Positions 61,241 to 64,000 of a stretch of 64,000 nt of DNA are shown here, piece by piece; positions within the stretch are counted from its first letter, which is position 1; every line of letters starts with the position of its first letter. Location of the stretch: positions 23,374,001-23,438,000 of the forward strand of contig CM106585.1 of assembly GCA_048013815.1 (NCBI GenBank), in the 5' to 3' direction. Under the pieces are notes generated by a model. The model saw nothing but the letters and a program-made list of their open reading frames with translations, was not told the DNA's origin and searched no databases. Source of the DNA: Setoptus koraiensis (taxonomy: Eukaryota; Animalia; Arthropoda). The position numbers were made by a program, and so were the translations under genes.

Positions 61241-64000
61241 TCAATCTTTCGTATTTGTAGGTATGGCAGCGTCTTGATGTTCGATGTCCATCTTCTAAGG
61301 AGGGGCGGGCTTATAAGCTAGTATTGTACACTTTGACTCGGCATATGATGACATACCTGGCTAGTATAAGATTCGTGATAATAGAATTCGCTAGCGGAGG
61401 TGTCCTCATTAGGTTCGTGCTCCTGAAATGGTCTATCAAACGAGGTCAAGTTAGGTGTGTAGTCATTAACTATTGTGAAACTGCTGTTGTTACTAGAATT
61501 ATAAAATTGATTGCCTTCGTCCGCCAGATTTGTGCTTGTAATTGTAACTGGAACAAGTGCATTGTCTTTGTTATTTATTGGCGGTGTCCAACTAGAATGA
61601 TAGTTGTTTGTTTTATCGAATCGATTCTCAGATAATGAGAACGTTTCCCTAGGTGAGTTTTGTTGTTGTCCTATAGTTTTTTCAACATTCGCAATCGTGT
61701 CACTGTTACTAGACGAAGAGGATTCTAAGGTAGCGACACCAGCTACAAAATGTTGACCATTGGTCGACATTAGTGGCCGTTGATTACCATGATTTGTTTG
61801 CTGCATGTTGCCTGGTAGTAAATAATCGTTACCTTCACTGGTTGCTACTTAAATAATATAATATTATATGAAACATTAGATAATAGATTAGCATTGTTAG
61901 TTACATAATGTGTGCGAGTGTGAGTGTGTGTGTGTGTGTAATACACGGTGACTACTGACAACAGACACTAAAACAGTGGGTGGATGAGTGATGAGATAAT
62001 TGAATGATTGACTCACCTTTGGAACATTTCATGTCGGATGTATTATCCTTATGGTCATGGTGTTGGTGCTGCTGTTAATGATGGATGGATAGAATGAGTG
62101 TTAGATTTAATTCTGGGGTGATTTTGATGGACATCATGTACAAAAATTTGTTGTACGTTACAATTACTTGTAGTATGATATCTACGTCTTTTCAATTCAA
62201 ATTGCCTTGAAAAGTGAGAAGAAGAAACTATCTCAAAGTGTGAGACTCAAACTGTTGACTCACCTTTGGCAGTAACGAGTGACAATCTTGACACTCCACA
62301 TTGGATGCCGGACTTTGGTTGGTGTTGTTTCTATCAGGTGTATGATTGGTTGAGTGATAGGACTGCTTATTTGCTTCATTAGAGCCGCCACCACCACTAC
62401 CTATAATGGTGTTAGTGAAATTCTGATGGTCATTCATATAAATGGTATCATCTCTATTGCAAGGGATTGCATCGGTTTTGTTGCTCAAATGATTGGCGTT
62501 ATGTATAATAGTGCTAGTGGCAGTTGCATTGGTATCATCATTTGATAGGATAGACGGACTTTTCAAGTTAAATGTCCGACTTTTATCTTGACAAGAATCT
62601 TTCGAATGGTCATAGGAAGAGGAGGTGGTTGAGGATGAGGTGGTACTGGTAGTGGCGTTGTTAATACCACTTCTAGCTGGACTGTTACAACTCGCTGAGG
62701 ATGTTACTGAATGTTGACAATCATTTAGATTTTTATCGACAATATTATTTAAATTCGACGTTGGATCGGAAAGATGCGGGCAACCATTGTTGTTGTTGTT
62801 GTTGCTGTTGTTGTTTCTGTCCGACATATTGTTGGCTGCCTGACCACTAGTCAACATAATGGGCTGTTGTTGTTGCTGCTGCTGGTGATCACCAAGACCA
62901 ACACCGACATCTCCTAATGACTGGTTGAGCTCGTCGTGGTTGTAGCTCGTTATTGCTGGTAATTTGTAGCGATTGTTCGGATAAGAATAGTCGCTGTTGT
63001 TTGTTGTCGGTGCTATTGCATTGGTCGGTTGGTGTGCAGTGGCGTGAGCATTGTGACCCAAATCCCAATCGAAGCAATTCTTTGTTGTTTGATCTGGTGG
63101 ACTTTGATTGGTGACCAGATAAGAGCCATTGTCACTACTATTAAGTTGCGTAACAGCACCATTAGTATAATAATCTCTATAATGGCCACTAGTTGTTGTT
63201 GCTTGTTGAATTGCATTGCGGGTAGTGTCAATTGCGCTCAATTGGGTGTTTGTGACTGACTGCAAATGATGATGAATGTTATGATGATGATTGTATTGGT
63301 GATGATGATAGGAGGTCATAGGCACAATGTTTTGCTCAAAATTTGCATAACTGCCCTGGCTCAGTCTAGATCTCTCTATATCCGAACTGGCGTTATTATA
63401 GGTTGTTGGTGGTTGTAGTTGATCGTGTTGCAACGTCAACGACGGCATTGATGAAGACTGAGATTGATCAATCACCTTTGGGCATCTGTTGTTTGTAGCG
63501 GTGGGCGCACTCTTGTTGCTGCCATGAATTGCACCATTAGAGGACAATATAGGTAATTGTGTCCAATCGTAGTTATGCGACGATGTAGTAGCCGAATGAT
63601 GCAATTGTTCGTGTAAATAGCCATCCGCCTGTTGTTGTTGCTGTTTTAAATGATTCATATGTTGAAGATGATTATTATCGTAATTGGTCATTGTTGAGCC
63701 AACGTTGCTATGGCCAGTATAAGTGCCATTATCATGTCCAGTCAAATGACAGTTGGCGTTGGTAGTGAAGACGTTGTTACTGTCGCTAATTACACCATGA
63801 TTAACAGTCATTTGTTGTTTGTTGCCGTTTTGTTGTTGTCCTATATTGAGGCCAGTGTCAGTGCCATTACCATTACCACTGTCGCCATTAGTAGTGTTGT
63901 CAACAATAATTGTTGGCGCACAATTCAAATGATTGAAGGATACGTGACGATTGTTGTAATCGTTGTTTATATCGGTTGCTGTGACTAGCATTGCATCGGC
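61241..64000 (-). CDS. partial, 5'-open low-complexity N/Q/H/S/T-rich protein
   Basis: complement(join(61241..61294,61357..61811,62017..62071,62264..>64000)); phases 0/1/0 are consistent. The frame is open to the window edge, the last exon is tentative and no domain is visible. Confidence 0.7.

Overview
Eukaryotic nuclear DNA with short GT-AG introns (mostly 60-240 nt). By inference it comes from a compact-genome arthropod, probably a mite; this is not verified. No rRNA, tRNA, CRISPR array or intact transposon was recognised. The window has three domains. (1) 0-9.1 kb: a small secreted orphan, an SLC17-type MFS transporter and a six-exon alpha-carbonic anhydrase. (2) 9.1-24.2 kb: a ~15-kb stretch with no recognisable gene, rich in micro/minisatellites and GGCC motifs. 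(3) 24.3-64 kb: a dense gene cluster containing truncated SLX4, NACA, beta-hexosaminidase, CLP1, a 7-exon Na+/H+ exchanger, pescadillo, RPP14-like, truncated PAXBP1-like, MIC60, eIF3L, COQ4, an unknown 891-aa protein, IPPK, a secreted orphan, BNIP3 and a partial low-complexity gene. The most notable observations are: a ~5-kb block containing a whole gene plus a broken SPB1/FTSJ3 fragment, sitting between 368/367-bp direct repeats that duplicate the COQ4/IPPK tail-to-tail junction; an NHE whose essential ND aspartate reads as asparagine across a splice junction; and a secreted protein whose predicted third exon ends in WPKWPW-GRK. All exon models and family assignments were made by eye, without database searches.
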